Shown here one piece after another: positions 1 through 10,587 of a DNA stretch of 64,000 bases. The notes beneath the pieces are model-generated. The model was not told the origin of the DNA. It ran no database searches and saw nothing but the letters and a program-made list of their open reading frames with translations. The stretch lies in assembly GCA_963818475.1 (NCBI GenBank), contig CAWFSF010000002.1, positions 32,001 through 96,000 of the forward strand, in the 5' to 3' direction. The position numbers and the translations under genes were made by a program. Source of the DNA: Nitrospirota bacterium (GTDB taxonomy: Bacteria > Nitrospirota > UBA9217). The first letter of the stretch is position 1; the number at the start of each line of letters is the position of its first letter.

Positions 1-2
1 GG

Positions 3-146
3 GGGACGCACTCCTATGACCCGGCCATCAGCGAGGGGTATATCGGCATCAGCGTCGCCGCGTCCTCCGAAAGAGAGCGCAGCCGGGCGGAGGAGATCAT
101 GAAGCAAGCCGGCGCCCTGCGGACCACTGCGGAGGAGATGCTGTGA
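3..146 (+). CDS. 3' end of a DUF3341/ActD-like membrane protein (cut by window edge)
   Basis: Frame 3 reads GTHSYDPAISEGYIGISVAASSERERSRAEEIMKQAGALRTTAEEML*; resembles the ActD C-terminus and precedes an ActE-like cytochrome. Confidence 0.5.
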   Translation, partial: GTHSYDPAISEGYIGISVAASSERERSRAEEIMKQAGALRTTAEEML

Positions 147-156
147 CAGAGCATTT

Positions 157-279
157 AAGCTCCAAATTCCAAGCATCAAATTACAAATAAGCTCCAATGA
201 CCAAATACGAAATTCCAGACGTTTTGGCCATTGGGTCTTGAAATTTGAATATTATTTGAAATTTGTTATTTGGAATTTA
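157..279. repeat. Palindromic element with arms of degenerate 7-nt repeats (CCAAATT / AATTTGG type)
   Basis: tccaaattccaagcatcaaattacaaat ... ttgaaatttgaatattatttgaaatttgttatttggaattt in an AT-rich intergenic patch. Confidence 0.65.
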
Positions 280-334
280 TCCCGGCGCCGGGCGAGGCCT
301 CGTGGAAGATGCGATTGAGGATGGAGATATGGTT

Positions 335-790
335 ATGAAACGCATTTCACAATTCGTTATTCTGGCTGCCACACCATTGTTGATGGCTGCGATCTGGATG
401 GATGAGCAGCAAACCTACAAACCATACAAAACGCCGGTCCTTTCTCCGCCCGTGGACGCCGTGCCCATATCCGGCAAGGAACTTGTCTCCCGGGACGCTG
501 AGCTTAAAAATCCGTTCTCCGCGACCGCAGCAGCGCTGGCGCAGGGAAAAGCGCTTTTCGACACCAATTGCGCCATGTGCCACGGCCAAACCTCGGCAGA
601 ACGCGGTCTCGTCGGCAAAAAACTCGTTCCGCCCCCGCCTGGCCTCGACCGCGATATGGTGAAAGGCCTGAGCGACGCCACTATCTTCAAGGCCATTACC
701 TTCGGTTTCGGCCGGATGCCCGCCTTTAAGGACAAACTCACGCTCGAGGAGCGCTGGAGTCTGACCAATTTCCTGCGGACCCGCAACTGA
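335..790 (+). CDS. Monoheme cytochrome c (ActE-like)
   Basis: Signal-like N-terminus, CAMCHG motif, GRMPAF distal Met; GGAG upstream of ATG 335. Confidence 0.85.
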   Translation: MKRISQFVILAATPLLMAAIWMDEQQTYKPYKTPVLSPPVDAVPISGKELVSRDAELKNPFSATAAALAQGKALFDTNCAMCHGQTSAERGLVGKKLVPPPPGLDRDMVKGLSDATIFKAITFGFGRMPAFKDKLTLEERWSLTNFLRTRN

Positions 791-840
791 GCACACTCAT
801 ACGCTGCATGCTCTGCAACGACGGCAAAACAGCGGTCCGA

Positions 841-1149
841 TCAGGGATGGCACTTATTGCAGTTGCCCTTCACATCAAAGGCCCGCTGCCCGTTGTGGCA
901 GAATCCGCACGACTGGCCTTTCTGCATCGCAGCCATCGTCACGTCCTTGCGCTGCGCCGTCGTGGTGTAGATGCGGTAATGGCAATCCCCGCATTTCAGT
1001 TTGTGTTTCGTAACGTGCACCTCGTGGCTGAAGGTAACATTAGACGCGCCTATGAGCAGAAACGTGATATCCCCGCCTCCGACCTTGCCCCAGGCTGTTG
1101 GTGCGAAGACCGTAATAAGAACAACCAATCCCCCCAGAAACTTGTTCAT
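841..1149 (-). CDS. Small triheme cytochrome c (c7/c3-like)
   Basis: Signal peptide; FSHEVH, CGDCH, CGFCH, CNKCH. Confidence 0.85.
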   Translation of the reverse strand: MNKFLGGLVVLITVFAPTAWGKVGGGDITFLLIGASNVTFSHEVHVTKHKLKCGDCHYRIYTTTAQRKDVTMAAMQKGQSCGFCHNGQRAFDVKGNCNKCHP

Positions 1150-1425
1150 CCTCGTTCCCTCGGCTCTCTTGTGTGGACTGAACTCCGTGCGATGGCAGTT
1201 TTACGCAGGCCCATTATAGCAAATGCGCAAATCCACACACAACAGAAAACTGTTTTTTTATGCCGCCGCACTATAATTTTGGATGCAGAAGGTGTGCTAT
1301 CCAGCGCTTGAGAAGAGAGGTGCCGAGAAGGACGATTCAGGAGAGACAGCCCCTTTCGGAACTGTTAACAAGGCCCCAGTGGAGGAAGGAAAGACATGGT
1401 CATGACATGACAAGCTGTCCGGCTA

Positions 1426-1614
1426 TCATGGCTGCTCGATGACCATGCGGTTCTTGACGAGCGACACCTCGCGCACTTCGCCGCGCACTGTCTTTTCTTC
1501 GCCGAAAAGATTCCGTATCGTTACGAAGCCGTTCTCCGCGCGCACCTGGTTCACCGCTTCGAGAAGCAGTTCTTCCTGCCCCTTGGTTTTTACATACGCC
1601 TTCAGATCACACAT
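1426..1614 (-). CDS. CooT-family small nickel-binding protein
   Basis: 62 aa, MCDLKAYV...LLEAV...RNLFGEEKTV pattern with Cys2. Confidence 0.75.
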   Translation of the reverse strand: MCDLKAYVKTKGQEELLLEAVNQVRAENGFVTIRNLFGEEKTVRGEVREVSLVKNRMVIEQP

Positions 1615-1726
1615 GATCGCTTCTCCTTCGAAACTCTGCGTAGCTTATACGGTTTAATAATACCCTCACTCGATGTAAAAACGCAATGTCGAATTCCGCA
1701 TCACGCGGTCGTGCAGTGAGTCCCGA

Positions 1727-2698
1727 TCACCATGGCGTTCTCCACGTAAGGTTCAGGATAAAGTCCGGCGCTCCGCTGGTATTCAGGTCTTCAGTGAGCG
1801 ATAGTTCGACGCTCCTCCCCCTCGCTGCATAGTACCGGCCGCCGAGCACCAGCAGCATCGCCGTGCGGTCGATCTTTGAGATGTCCGTCCTGGGGTAGGG
1901 AGAGGTCTGGACACTCACCTGGCCGATGAGACTGAGGGAAGGCCAGGCGAGCACCTCCATTCCCGTGCCCGCATATCCGAAGTTCCTGAGCCCGATGGTC
2001 TGGTATCCCTTGAGGTCTCCCGGGAACACAGCCCCGAGGTTCGCGTACCATGCTGCATCCTGCCCCAGGCGCTTGTCCATGAGCAGCGACATGCCGGCGT
2101 CCACGCTCCCGTTTCCGTAGCCGACCTTTGCGTCGCCGGTCGGCAGCTCCACGGAGCCCATGACGCTCACCACGAGATCATCTGCCAGGAGCTGCTTCTT
2201 GACAACCACCCGCAGATCGCCGATGCCGGCTTTGTCGTTGTCGCCCATAACGACCGGCATCCCGTTCCGCCTGACCTCGTAAAGAAAGGCATTGTCCGGC
2301 CTGGTGTCCCTGTTGTAGTCTGGGAATCCAAAGGCACGGTGGTACCAGGCCAGCGGACGGTCGAGGAACCCGGCTGTTGCCCGCAGGAACGGCAGATCAA
2401 CACCAAGTTCTATCCCGCCCGGGACCGTCCGGCGATACCGGACATTGAGCTCCGTCAGCTCGATGTCGAGGTGGGCGGACCACGCCGACGAATCTGCCAT
2501 CACAAAAACACTCGAATGGGAAAGGCTCAGGGAGAAGGAATCGGCTGGAGCCGCAGGTTCAAGATAGGGCTGGTCTGCAGCTATGAAGATGGGAAACTGG
2601 TTCCTCACCTGGAGCGGACCAGCAAGCTCAGCTGCGGCAGCAGTGCCCACAGAGAGCAACAGCGCGGCGAGGCAAAATGTAATGCATCCTTTCGTCAT
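1727..2698 (-). CDS. DUF3187-like outer-membrane beta-barrel protein
   Basis: Signal peptide, GPLQVRNQFP, ELPTGD, terminal aromatic residue. Confidence 0.65.
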   Translation of the reverse strand: MTKGCITFCLAALLLSVGTAAAAELAGPLQVRNQFPIFIAADQPYLEPAAPADSFSLSLSHSSVFVMADSSAWSAHLDIELTELNVRYRRTVPGGIELGVDLPFLRATAGFLDRPLAWYHRAFGFPDYNRDTRPDNAFLYEVRRNGMPVVMGDNDKAGIGDLRVVVKKQLLADDLVVSVMGSVELPTGDAKVGYGNGSVDAGMSLLMDKRLGQDAAWYANLGAVFPGDLKGYQTIGLRNFGYAGTGMEVLAWPSLSLIGQVSVQTSPYPRTDISKIDRTAMLLVLGGRYYAARGRSVELSLTEDLNTSGAPDFILNLTWRTPW

Positions 2699-2764
2699 AC
2701 GCTACTGTAGCATAGGGAGAAGCGGAAATAAAGCCGGAAGAGGAGCGGGCCGGGCATAGCATGG

Positions 2765-3610
2765 TTACTGAAGCAGCACATAATCGGCATCCCTGGTCGT
2801 TACGCTCTGCTGGTCTATCTGCCCGGGCAGGTAGGGCAGTATGGTGCGGATGGATAATTTCGATTCCAGGTTTACCTGCTCGGCGACCCCCCGCTTCCAC
2901 GCATGCCCGATGCCGGCAAGGACCACCAGAGTCCGGTCCGGATGTATCTTCCGATAGGTGATAAGATGCCAGGCCATGGACTTGTCCCTGACCATCTGCG
3001 CCTCACAGAAGTTCAGGAAGATCCGACCGCTGTGTGCATGCTGTGCATAGGCCTCCCTGATCAGGTCCATATATTTATCATCCACCCTGCAGCTGATGCC
3101 CGGCGGCAGCGACTTCTTCTCCGCCGCCGACAGAGAGGCGAACCCCTGCCTCGCAACCTTTGCTGCTACGCCGTCAGGAACATTGAGCCCGACAAGCGGA
3201 AGCTCATGCTCACGAACGTAAAGAAAAATATCCTGATACAGGAACCAGGGCATACCCCAATTCTCCTGGTAGGCCGGCAGGAACCGGTCCAGGGAGAGGC
3301 TCCCGCTGGTCCAGCCATCCAGAGTGTCCTGACTGTCGGCACTGAACATCTCAAGCCCCACCGCCATGGGGGTATCTGCCTCGTGGATGGCCTTGATAAC
3401 CTCAAGCTGGTAGCGGTGATGTTTGTTCACATTGTGGATCTCTCCCACAAAAACGATGTCCGCGTTCTTCACGTCATCGATCATGCGTTGGAAGGGTATG
3501 ACGGCTCCGTCCTTGACGCGCAGGACCAGGTCGGCGCCGAAGACGACCGTTGGAAAAAAGCCCGTTACCATCAGACACAGGAGCAATAGGACAGCGCGCA
3601 TGCTCATCAT
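2765..3610 (-). CDS. ChaN-family heme/iron-uptake protein
   Basis: VFVGEIH, GLEMF, AQMVRDKSMA, LAGIGH motifs; GGAGG RBS before ATG 3610. Confidence 0.8.
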   Translation of the reverse strand: MMSMRAVLLLLCLMVTGFFPTVVFGADLVLRVKDGAVIPFQRMIDDVKNADIVFVGEIHNVNKHHRYQLEVIKAIHEADTPMAVGLEMFSADSQDTLDGWTSGSLSLDRFLPAYQENWGMPWFLYQDIFLYVREHELPLVGLNVPDGVAAKVARQGFASLSAAEKKSLPPGISCRVDDKYMDLIREAYAQHAHSGRIFLNFCEAQMVRDKSMAWHLITYRKIHPDRTLVVLAGIGHAWKRGVAEQVNLESKLSIRTILPYLPGQIDQQSVTTRDADYVLLQ

Positions 3611-3844
3611 GGCAGACCTCCCTCTTATCTTAGTGTAGCAGGCCTGCCAACCGGCCGGCAGAAACGGCGATAGGGGGAGCTTCGCCTTCTGCCGGCTATT
3701 TTCGTTAAACGCAAAATACAGGAATCCTTTTGTTGCAACACGTCGTCCGGGTTCAGGATACATGCGGCGTCCTCTTTCGTCATGAGGTATAATTGAGCAG
3801 GTATACTGCAGTTTTATGATCTGCGTTCTTTCAGGAGGTGCGGG

Positions 3845-5470
3845 ATGAAACGGCTATTATTCGCAGCAGCTGTGCTGATCATGCTGGTCCCGGCGCCGGC
3901 GTTCTCCGAAGATTCCGATGATCTGGGGCGCGTGCGCCTGAGCCTTATCAACGGTGATGTCCAGGTGCTGATCAGGGACAGCACAGACTGGACGGACGCC
4001 GCGATCAACGTACCCCTTGGCGAAGGCGACCGTCTCTGGGTACCCGCGGAGGGCAGGGCCGAGGTCCAGATCCGCGGCGGGGTCTTTGTCCGTGCCGGGG
4101 ACCAGAGTTCCCTCGACATCCTGACCATGGGAGACAGCGGAGCCCAGTTCTACCTGGACCGCGGACACCTCTACCTGTACAACTTTCGCGGGGGCATCAG
4201 GTCGGTCCAGATAGACACGCCCTTTTCGTCGATCAGGAGCGAGGACAACTCCATCCTGATGATCGATGCGGCCGAGGACGATGTGGTCGAGGTCTCGGTC
4301 CTGAAGGGCTCTGCCTCGGTTGAGAACCGGACCGGCGCCACGCGCGTCACCGCCGGAAACACGCTGACGGTCCGGGGCGAGATCAATGCGGAACTCGCGC
4401 CGATCGGCGCACCCGATGACTGGGAGCGCTGGAACCGGGAGCGGGACAGCCGCGTGGCCGCCTGGGGCGAAAGCGCCCGCTACCTGCCTGACGAGCTTCA
4501 CGAATACGCTTCTGACTTTGACGGCAATGGACGGTGGTACTACACATCCGAGTATGGCTACGTCTGGACCCCCCTCGTGACCGCTGCATCCTGGGCGCCC
4601 TACACCTATGGCAGCTGGGTCTGGATCCGCGGGAACTACGTCTGGGTCGATTACCACCCCTGGGGCTGGGCGCCGTGCCATTACGGACGCTGGACCTTTA
4701 TTGCGAGCTTCGGCTGGAGTTGGATACCGCCGCCCTTCGGCGCCGTCTACTGGGGGCCGGGGTACGTCGGGTGGATCTTTACGCCGACCTACGTTGCCTG
4801 GGTGCCGCTGGCGCCGGGTGAGATATATTATGGATACGGAAATTACGGCCCCCACAGCGTGAATCTTAGAACAGTGAACATCAACACCGTTGTGGTCAAT
4901 CGGACCTATGTCAATGCCCGCGTCAGGAACTCCGTGACCGTGGTGCAACGGGACTCTTTCGGTACAGGCCGCCGTGCGCCCCTGCAGGTCCGTGAAAATC
5001 CGTTCCGTGATGAAGGAACGCGCCGCCAGGAGGAAGGCAGGGAGTTCGTGCCTCCGCAAAAGAGGCCGGAGAGGCCCATTGTGCTCGTTCCGCGGGAGAT
5101 GCGCGAACAGATACGTCAGCAGCCTGCGCAGCAGCGCGGACAGCGGGATCGCCGCGAACGCCAGGTCGTGAAACCGTCAACACCGCCGCAGCCGTCCATC
5201 AGGACCGAACGGCCTGCGTCGCAACTTCCGCCCGAGCGGGTGCGAAAAACAAGCCCGGAAACGCTCAAGAGCGAACGGCCCATGGCACGGGACCGCAACA
5301 CCTCGGTATTCAGGCCTGCAGCGCCGAAAGACCTGCCGGTAACGCAGATGAAGGAACCGCGCAAGATCATCAGAAAACAGGACCTGCAGGACGATCAGAA
5401 GCAGAAGAGCAAGGGTGAACAGCGGAGGAACCAGGGCGAACAGCGGAGGGACAGAAGTCGGATCCGGTAA
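3845..5470 (+). CDS. FecR-domain / DUF6600-like secreted protein
   Basis: Signal peptide, FecR-like beta region, Trp/Tyr/Pro-rich WGWAPCHYGRW region, charged disordered tail; AGGAGG RBS. Confidence 0.75.
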   Translation: MKRLLFAAAVLIMLVPAPAFSEDSDDLGRVRLSLINGDVQVLIRDSTDWTDAAINVPLGEGDRLWVPAEGRAEVQIRGGVFVRAGDQSSLDILTMGDSGAQFYLDRGHLYLYNFRGGIRSVQIDTPFSSIRSEDNSILMIDAAEDDVVEVSVLKGSASVENRTGATRVTAGNTLTVRGEINAELAPIGAPDDWERWNRERDSRVAAWGESARYLPDELHEYASDFDGNGRWYYTSEYGYVWTPLVTAASWAPYTYGSWVWIRGNYVWVDYHPWGWAPCHYGRWTFIASFGWSWIPPPFGAVYWGPGYVGWIFTPTYVAWVPLAPGEIYYGYGNYGPHSVNLRTVNINTVVVNRTYVNARVRNSVTVVQRDSFGTGRRAPLQVRENPFRDEGTRRQEEGREFVPPQKRPERPIVLVPREMREQIRQQPAQQRGQRDRRERQVVKPSTPPQPSIRTERPASQLPPERVRKTSPETLKSERPMARDRNTSVFRPAAPKDLPVTQMKEPRKIIRKQDLQDDQKQKSKGEQRRNQGEQRRDRSRIR

Positions 5471-5613
5471 GCCGGGCAGGACAGGTGTTTGGTATAGATA
5501 GAGACCACTTACCTGCCGTTTATCCACAAAAAGCATTTGGACGGGTCAAAAGCGGATGAACACCGGATAAAAAAAAACGATAAATAAAGAAACTTTACGA
5601 AGGAGGAAAATAA

Positions 5614-5647
5614 CATGGCCTTGAGCAGGTAAAGGCTCAAGGCCATG
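5614..5647. terminator. 13-bp perfect hairpin, probable terminator between convergent genes
   Basis: CATGGCCTTGAGC-N8-GCTCAAGGCCATG, followed by TTATTTT on the minus strand. Confidence 0.55.
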
Positions 5648-5695
5648 ATCGTGGTCTACAACATGCGCTGGAGTGCGGCACAGCGAACGCCTTTG

Positions 5696-5953
5696 TTACA
5701 AGATGACCTCTTCTGATGCTTCGTCATGCAGCTCATTCCGCAGCAACACTCGATTGATCCAAACGGTCTTCACCAGCAGGCCCAGCACCAGGCACAGACC
5801 CAGGCCGTTCATAAAAGTGAGCAATTGCAGAACAATATAGTCCCAGGAGCTGTTGATCGGAATGTACTGGGGGTTCAATACGAGCATGCCGATGCAGAAA
5901 AAAACAGCCACGGCAAGAAACTTCAATATTTCCATGATGTTTTGTATTTTCAT
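5696..5953 (-). CDS. Small two-TM hypothetical membrane protein
   Basis: 85-aa ORF with two hydrophobic segments. Confidence 0.55.
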   Translation of the reverse strand: MKIQNIMEILKFLAVAVFFCIGMLVLNPQYIPINSSWDYIVLQLLTFMNGLGLCLVLGLLVKTVWINRVLLRNELHDEASEEVIL

Positions 5954-6033
5954 AGTAAGATATTACCTGAAAATACCCGTACTGTAAATACCCCGGTCAG
6001 GGTAATTTAAGGGTACTGCATGCACTCTTCCGT

Positions 6034-6480
6034 TCACCCCGCCTTCAGCTCCGACGTGCAGAATGCGCAGCGCGTTGCCCTGAGCGGCACGTTCGACAGA
6101 CAATAGGGGCATTCCCTGGTTGCCGGGGCCGCAGGGGCCGGCGCCTCCTCCTGCCGCTTGAGCCGCGCAACAGCTCTGATAAGCAGAAAGATCACAAAGG
6201 CAACGATCACGAAATCCACCACTGCATTCAGGAAAACGCCGTAGTTGATGGTGGCCGCGCCGGCAGCTTTTGCCTCGGCAAGCGCGCGGTAGGGAACACC
6301 TGACAAGTTAATGAAAAGATTGCTGAAATCCACGCTCCCTACTATGAGCCCTATGGGCGGCATCAAAATATCGCTCACCAGCAGGGACACTATCTTGCCG
6401 AATGCCGCACCGATGATGACCGCCACTGCCAGGTCGAGTACATTGCCGCGCATAACAAAATCCTTGAAATCCTTAAGCAT
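6034..6480 (-). CDS. mscL: Large-conductance mechanosensitive channel with C-terminal Zn-ribbon
   Basis: [31 protein letters not shown] signature; CPYC...CAFC tail; GAGG RBS. Confidence 0.95.
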   Translation of the reverse strand: MLKDFKDFVMRGNVLDLAVAVIIGAAFGKIVSLLVSDILMPPIGLIVGSVDFSNLFINLSGVPYRALAEAKAAGAATINYGVFLNAVVDFVIVAFVIFLLIRAVARLKRQEEAPAPAAPATRECPYCLSNVPLRATRCAFCTSELKAG

Positions 6481-6584
6481 AAGGCTTCCTCCTCTTAGGA
6501 TACGACCCTGACGGATGCCCAGGAGTCGGTTTGACTCACTGCTTAAGCATAGCATAACCGCTGCCCGCCTATGGATCCTCAGAG

Positions 6585-8108
6585 TTATGCACGCTGCCAC
6601 GTGAGCCACGCTGTGAAAAGTTTTTTCACGAACGGCGTGAGCCGTCTGCGGTTGTACAGATCGGCCAGCTTTTTAACCGCCTCAGCCTGCGTGGGATAGG
6701 GATGGATCGTCCTCCCGATAGCCGAGAGGCCGAGCCCGGCGGTGATCGCCAAAGAGAGTTCATTGATCATCTCACCGGCATGGTGCGCCACGATCGTGGC
6801 GCCGAGGACCTTGTCGGTCCCCTTCCTCAGGTGCACACGCGCAAATCCCTCTGTTTCGTTGTCCAGAAGCGCGCGGTCCAGATCAGCAAAGGGAACAGTC
6901 AGCGTCAGCACAGGAATGCCCAGGTCTTCGGCGTCTTTTTCATACATGCCGACATGGGCTACCTCAGGATCGGTATAGGTGCACCAGGGAACGACCAGCG
7001 ATGAGGTCTTCTGCCTTCCCTTGAACAGTGCGTTGGCGATCAGGATGCGCGCCATCGCATCGGCCGTATGCGTGAACTTGTAGGGGGAGCAGATGTCGCC
7101 GGCCGCATACACACGCGGGTTCGAGGTCTGGAGCATATCGTTCACGATAACTCCCCTGCGCAGATCATAGGCAACACCCGCTGCTTCGAGGTTCAGCCCC
7201 GCGACGTTCGGCGCCCTGCCCACGCCGACCAGTATCTCGTCCACAGCGAGCTCCCGGATCGCGCCCTGCTGCTCCACGAAAATGACCTTGTCAGCGCCCC
7301 TTTTTTCCACCTTCAGGATATTCGCGTTCAGAACAAGCTCCACGTTGTCGCGCAACATTGACTGCTGCACGATCTCTGCGGCATCGGCATCCTCCCGCGA
7401 GAGCAGGCGGTCGGCAATCTCGACGACCGTTACGTCGCTTCCCATGCGCGCGAACGCCTGGGAGAGCTCGCAGCCGATAGGGCCGCCGCCGATCACCAGA
7501 AGCCTTGCCGGGGCCTCCGTAAGCCAGAAGACGTTCTCATTGGTCAGGTAGCCTGTTTCCTCGATGCCGGGAATGGGGGGGGCTGCCGCCCGCTCTCCGG
7601 TGCAGATCGCGGCCTTCTTGAAAGTGAGGACCCTGCCATCGACCTCGATGCGGTCCCGCCCGGCGAACTTCCCGCTGCCGAGAAAGACGTCGATGCCGAG
7701 CTCTTTGCTGAACCGCTGGGCGGAATCCTGGGAACTGATCCCGGCCCTGACGCTCCGCATCCGCTCCATGGCAGCTCCAAAGTCGATCGACACCGGGCCG
7801 CAGTGAATGCCGAAAACTCCTGCAGCCTTCACGGCATGGGCTGCACGGCCGGCCCTTACCAGTCCTTTGGACGGAACGCAGCCCGTGTTCAGGCAATCGC
7901 CGCCCATGAGGTGCTGTTCGATGAGCGCCACCTTCGCTCCCAGGCCTGCTGCACCCGCTGCGCACACCAGCCCTGCCGTGCCTGCGCCGAGGACCACGAG
8001 GTTGTAGCATTCAGCCGGTTCGGGATTTTTCCAGCCCGCCGGATGGACGTTATTGAGGAGGGTAGTGTTATACTCGTCCTGCGGCAGAATCAGGGGCTTT
8101 TGTTCCAT
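6585..8108 (-). CDS. Pyridine nucleotide-disulfide oxidoreductase (Lpd/MerA-like, no MerA C-terminal CC)
   Basis: GAGTAG FAD motif, [13 protein letters not shown] redox disulfide, GGGPIG, HPYPT. Confidence 0.85.
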   Translation of the reverse strand: MEQKPLILPQDEYNTTLLNNVHPAGWKNPEPAECYNLVVLGAGTAGLVCAAGAAGLGAKVALIEQHLMGGDCLNTGCVPSKGLVRAGRAAHAVKAAGVFGIHCGPVSIDFGAAMERMRSVRAGISSQDSAQRFSKELGIDVFLGSGKFAGRDRIEVDGRVLTFKKAAICTGERAAAPPIPGIEETGYLTNENVFWLTEAPARLLVIGGGPIGCELSQAFARMGSDVTVVEIADRLLSREDADAAEIVQQSMLRDNVELVLNANILKVEKRGADKVIFVEQQGAIRELAVDEILVGVGRAPNVAGLNLEAAGVAYDLRRGVIVNDMLQTSNPRVYAAGDICSPYKFTHTADAMARILIANALFKGRQKTSSLVVPWCTYTDPEVAHVGMYEKDAEDLGIPVLTLTVPFADLDRALLDNETEGFARVHLRKGTDKVLGATIVAHHAGEMINELSLAITAGLGLSAIGRTIHPYPTQAEAVKKLADLYNRRRLTPFVKKLFTAWLTWQRA

Positions 8109-8147
8109 GAGAGATCCTTTTATCAACCCGGACGGCCGGAACCAATA

Positions 8148-8255
8148 TTTGCCACGAAGGCACGAAGACACAAAGAACATCGTGAAAATTTGCGATTCAA
8201 TCAGCCACGAAAAATACTCAGGCATCTCTTCGTGCCTTCGTGTCTTCGTGGCAAA
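8148..8255. repeat. Palindromic element with arms of 8-nt repeats (CACGAAGR)
   Basis: TTTGCCACGAAGGCACGAAGACACAAAG ... CTTCGTGCCTTCGTGTCTTCGTGGCAAA; the right arm recurs at 42116-42144. Confidence 0.75.
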
Positions 8256-8283
8256 ACACTCTTGCCGTTTTGAAAAGGATTTA

Positions 8284-9292
8284 CTACGCTTCTCTGCTCC
8301 TCTTCGCTGCATGCGCTGCGGCTCCCAGGAGCGCAGCCTGATCGTTCATGATGACCTTCACCGGGATGCGCGTAACGATCGGCGACAGCCTGCCCTTGTT
8401 CGTGAAGGCCTTCATGAACGTTCCGTCCCTGAGCTTCCAGCTGATCTTCGGCGCTATGCCGCCGCCGATGAACACCCCGCCTGTGGCCATGACCTGCAGC
8501 GCCAGGTTCCCTGCCGCTGCGCCGTAAATGGAGACGAACAGATCAAGCGTTGCTTCACAGAGTTTGCTTTTTCCGAGCCGCGCGGTTTCCGTGATCGCAG
8601 CAGCCGGGTCATCCTGCTCCATCTGCTGGGACAGCCAGGCCGGCTCTTTGCCATATTTTCCCGGTGTCGCGCAGGAACCGGTAGATGCTGAACAGGCCTG
8701 AGCCGGACAGGATCCGCTCATAGCTCACGTGGCCGTATTGTTCGAACAAATACCTCAGAAGCCCCAGCTCCAGGCGGTTCTTCGGCCCGAAATCGACATG
8801 GCCGCCTTCCGACGGCGAAGGGATATGGCGCGCGCCGTCCCAGAACAGGATCGCCGATCCGAGTCCGGTCCCTGCCGACAGGAGCGCCCGGTTGCCTTCG
8901 GCACGCCTGCCCCGGTTCAGGGTCATGAAATCCTTCGGCTGCATGACCTCAATGCCGTGGGCGTTGGCAACCAGATCATTCACCAGTGAAACAATGCGGA
9001 TGGAGAGGAACTTCTTAAGAGACCGCTCGGAGATCTTCCAGGGAAGGTTGGTGGCTACGGCCGTGCCGGAAACAACAGGCCCGGCCACACCGAAGGTCGC
9101 AGCGGACAGGCGCTCCTGCCCGGGAAGAAATTCTTCTATGACGCTTTCGAGATCGTCGAAATTCCTGCTCGGATAAGCCTGTGACAAGAGAAGGCGGCTG
9201 CCGGATCCGTCAACGAGGAAAAGGCCAAGCCGCGTTTTTGTGCCGCCCACATCACCGGCAAGGACCACTCGTGATCGTGACGTTTTTTTCAT
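8284..9292 (-). CDS. glk: Glucokinase (frameshift near 8650)
   Basis: LAGDVGGTKT, VNDLVANA, GTGLG, SEGGH, VSYERILSG; second frame GGVFIGGGIAPKI...AALLGAA. Confidence 0.85.
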
Positions 9293-9524
9293 TGTACCTC
9301 GCATAGTAAGTACATGGTATGAACGTAATCAAATTATAGTCAAAAAAAGCAGAAATTTCTCGCAAAGGTCGCAAAGGACGTCAGAAAATCAAGAACCAAG
9401 GCTTACCGTTCTAAAACCCAAAAAGATTTCGACTCAGGTGCCTCTGCGGGTAGCTAGTGTGGCCCGTGCAGCAGCTATTGCGAGAGACGACCTTTCGCTT
9501 CTGCCTTGCAGTTCCGTTTTTCGA

Positions 9525-9544
9525 AGCAGGCCGACCGGCCCGCT
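9525..9544 (-). promoter_or_regulatory. Putative bacterial SECIS hairpin
   Basis: AGCGGGCC-GGTC-GGCCTGCT, starting 16 nt after the in-frame UGA; loop starts with GG. Confidence 0.65.
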
Positions 9545-10507
9545 AGGACGCAGCGCCCACTCACGTGGACCCCTGGCCGGCAGTGCAGCCAAAGCAGTGG
9601 TCGTCCACGCTTATGTTCCTGCGGCTCAGGGTCGAAAAATCGAATGCATGGATATGCTGCGGCACATCGGAAGCCACTGGAATTCCGAGCACCTGGTTGA
9701 AGTCGCAGTCATAGATCCTGCCGTCCCAGCCCACGCTCACCAGCGACCGGCACATGATCTTGTCAAGGGTTGCGGGATTGAACGCTGAAGCAAGCATGTC
9801 CAGATAGGCTCCGATCTTTCCGCTTTTGACCAGAGCATCGCTGAACCTGCCGACCGGCATATTGGTAAAAGCGAAGAGGCGGTTGAATACGATGCCGTAC
9901 CGTGCTTTCAGTTCCCTTTTGTAATCCGCCTCGAGGCTGCTCTGCGGAGGGGCGAGAAAGGGTCCTGCGGGATTATAGACCAGGCTCAGGGACAGTTTGC
10001 CCGTTTCGTCTCCATACCCCAGGCTGTTGAGCCTGCGGAGCGCGTCGATGCTCTTTTGGTACACACCGTTGCCCCGTATGGCATTGACGTTCTGCTTCGA
10101 GGTAGCACGGGAGGGATGCGATCAGCTCCACCTCATGGTCCCGGTAAAATTCGGGGAAGCCTTCCCATCCCGCTCTCAAAGAATACCGTAAGATTGGTGC
10201 GGGCAATGACCCTTTTTCCCATTTTTCTGGCACTGCTGACGAGCAAGGGGAACAGCGGGTTCAACTCCGGCGCTCCGCCGGTGATGTCCAGCGTTTCGAT
10301 GGAGCTGTTCTTCAGCACCTGCAGGACCGCATCCATCGTTTCCTTGCCCATGGACTCGATGCGGGAAGGCCCGGCGGATACATGGCAATGGTTGCATGCC
10401 ATGTTGCACTGGTAGCCCATATTGACCTGTAGAACCGTTATGTCCCTGGCCATTAGTGGTTCGGTCCTGACGGATTGCACCCTATCAAGGAATCTGTTTT
10501 TCATCAT
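9543..10507 (-). CDS. arsS: ArsS/DUF3641-type radical SAM protein, probable selenoprotein (frameshifts near 10160 and 10090)
   Basis: CNMACNHCH, DITGGAPELNP, ASLPCY, YDCDFNQ, HCFGCTAGQGST-TGA(9561-9563)-VGAAS-TAG. Confidence 0.8.
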
Positions 10508-10529
10508 ATGAAACACCTGAATTCTGCAG

Positions 10530-10583
10530 AAAGAACGCGGAGTTCACACGCAGCGTAGCGGTCGGCGTTCCGGGTCGTTAATA
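10530..10583 (-). mobile_element. Degenerate attC site
   Basis: TATTAAC...ACGCCGACCGCTACGCTGCGTGTGAACTCCGC-GTTCTTT; clearly homologous to attC 18989-19044; starts 4 nt after the antitoxin stop. Confidence 0.65.
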
Positions 10584-10587
10584 CTTT

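Noticed and set aside
6585-8108. Mercuric reductase MerA
   Set aside because: No C-terminal Cys-Cys pair, no NmerA domain and no mer operon genes.
8109-8312. N-terminal extensions in the ORF track (also mscL to 6609, ChaN to 3763, DUF151 from 45296, napM to 61941)
   Set aside because: They run through repeat elements or neighbouring genes; better-placed starts, mostly with a clear RBS, lie downstream.
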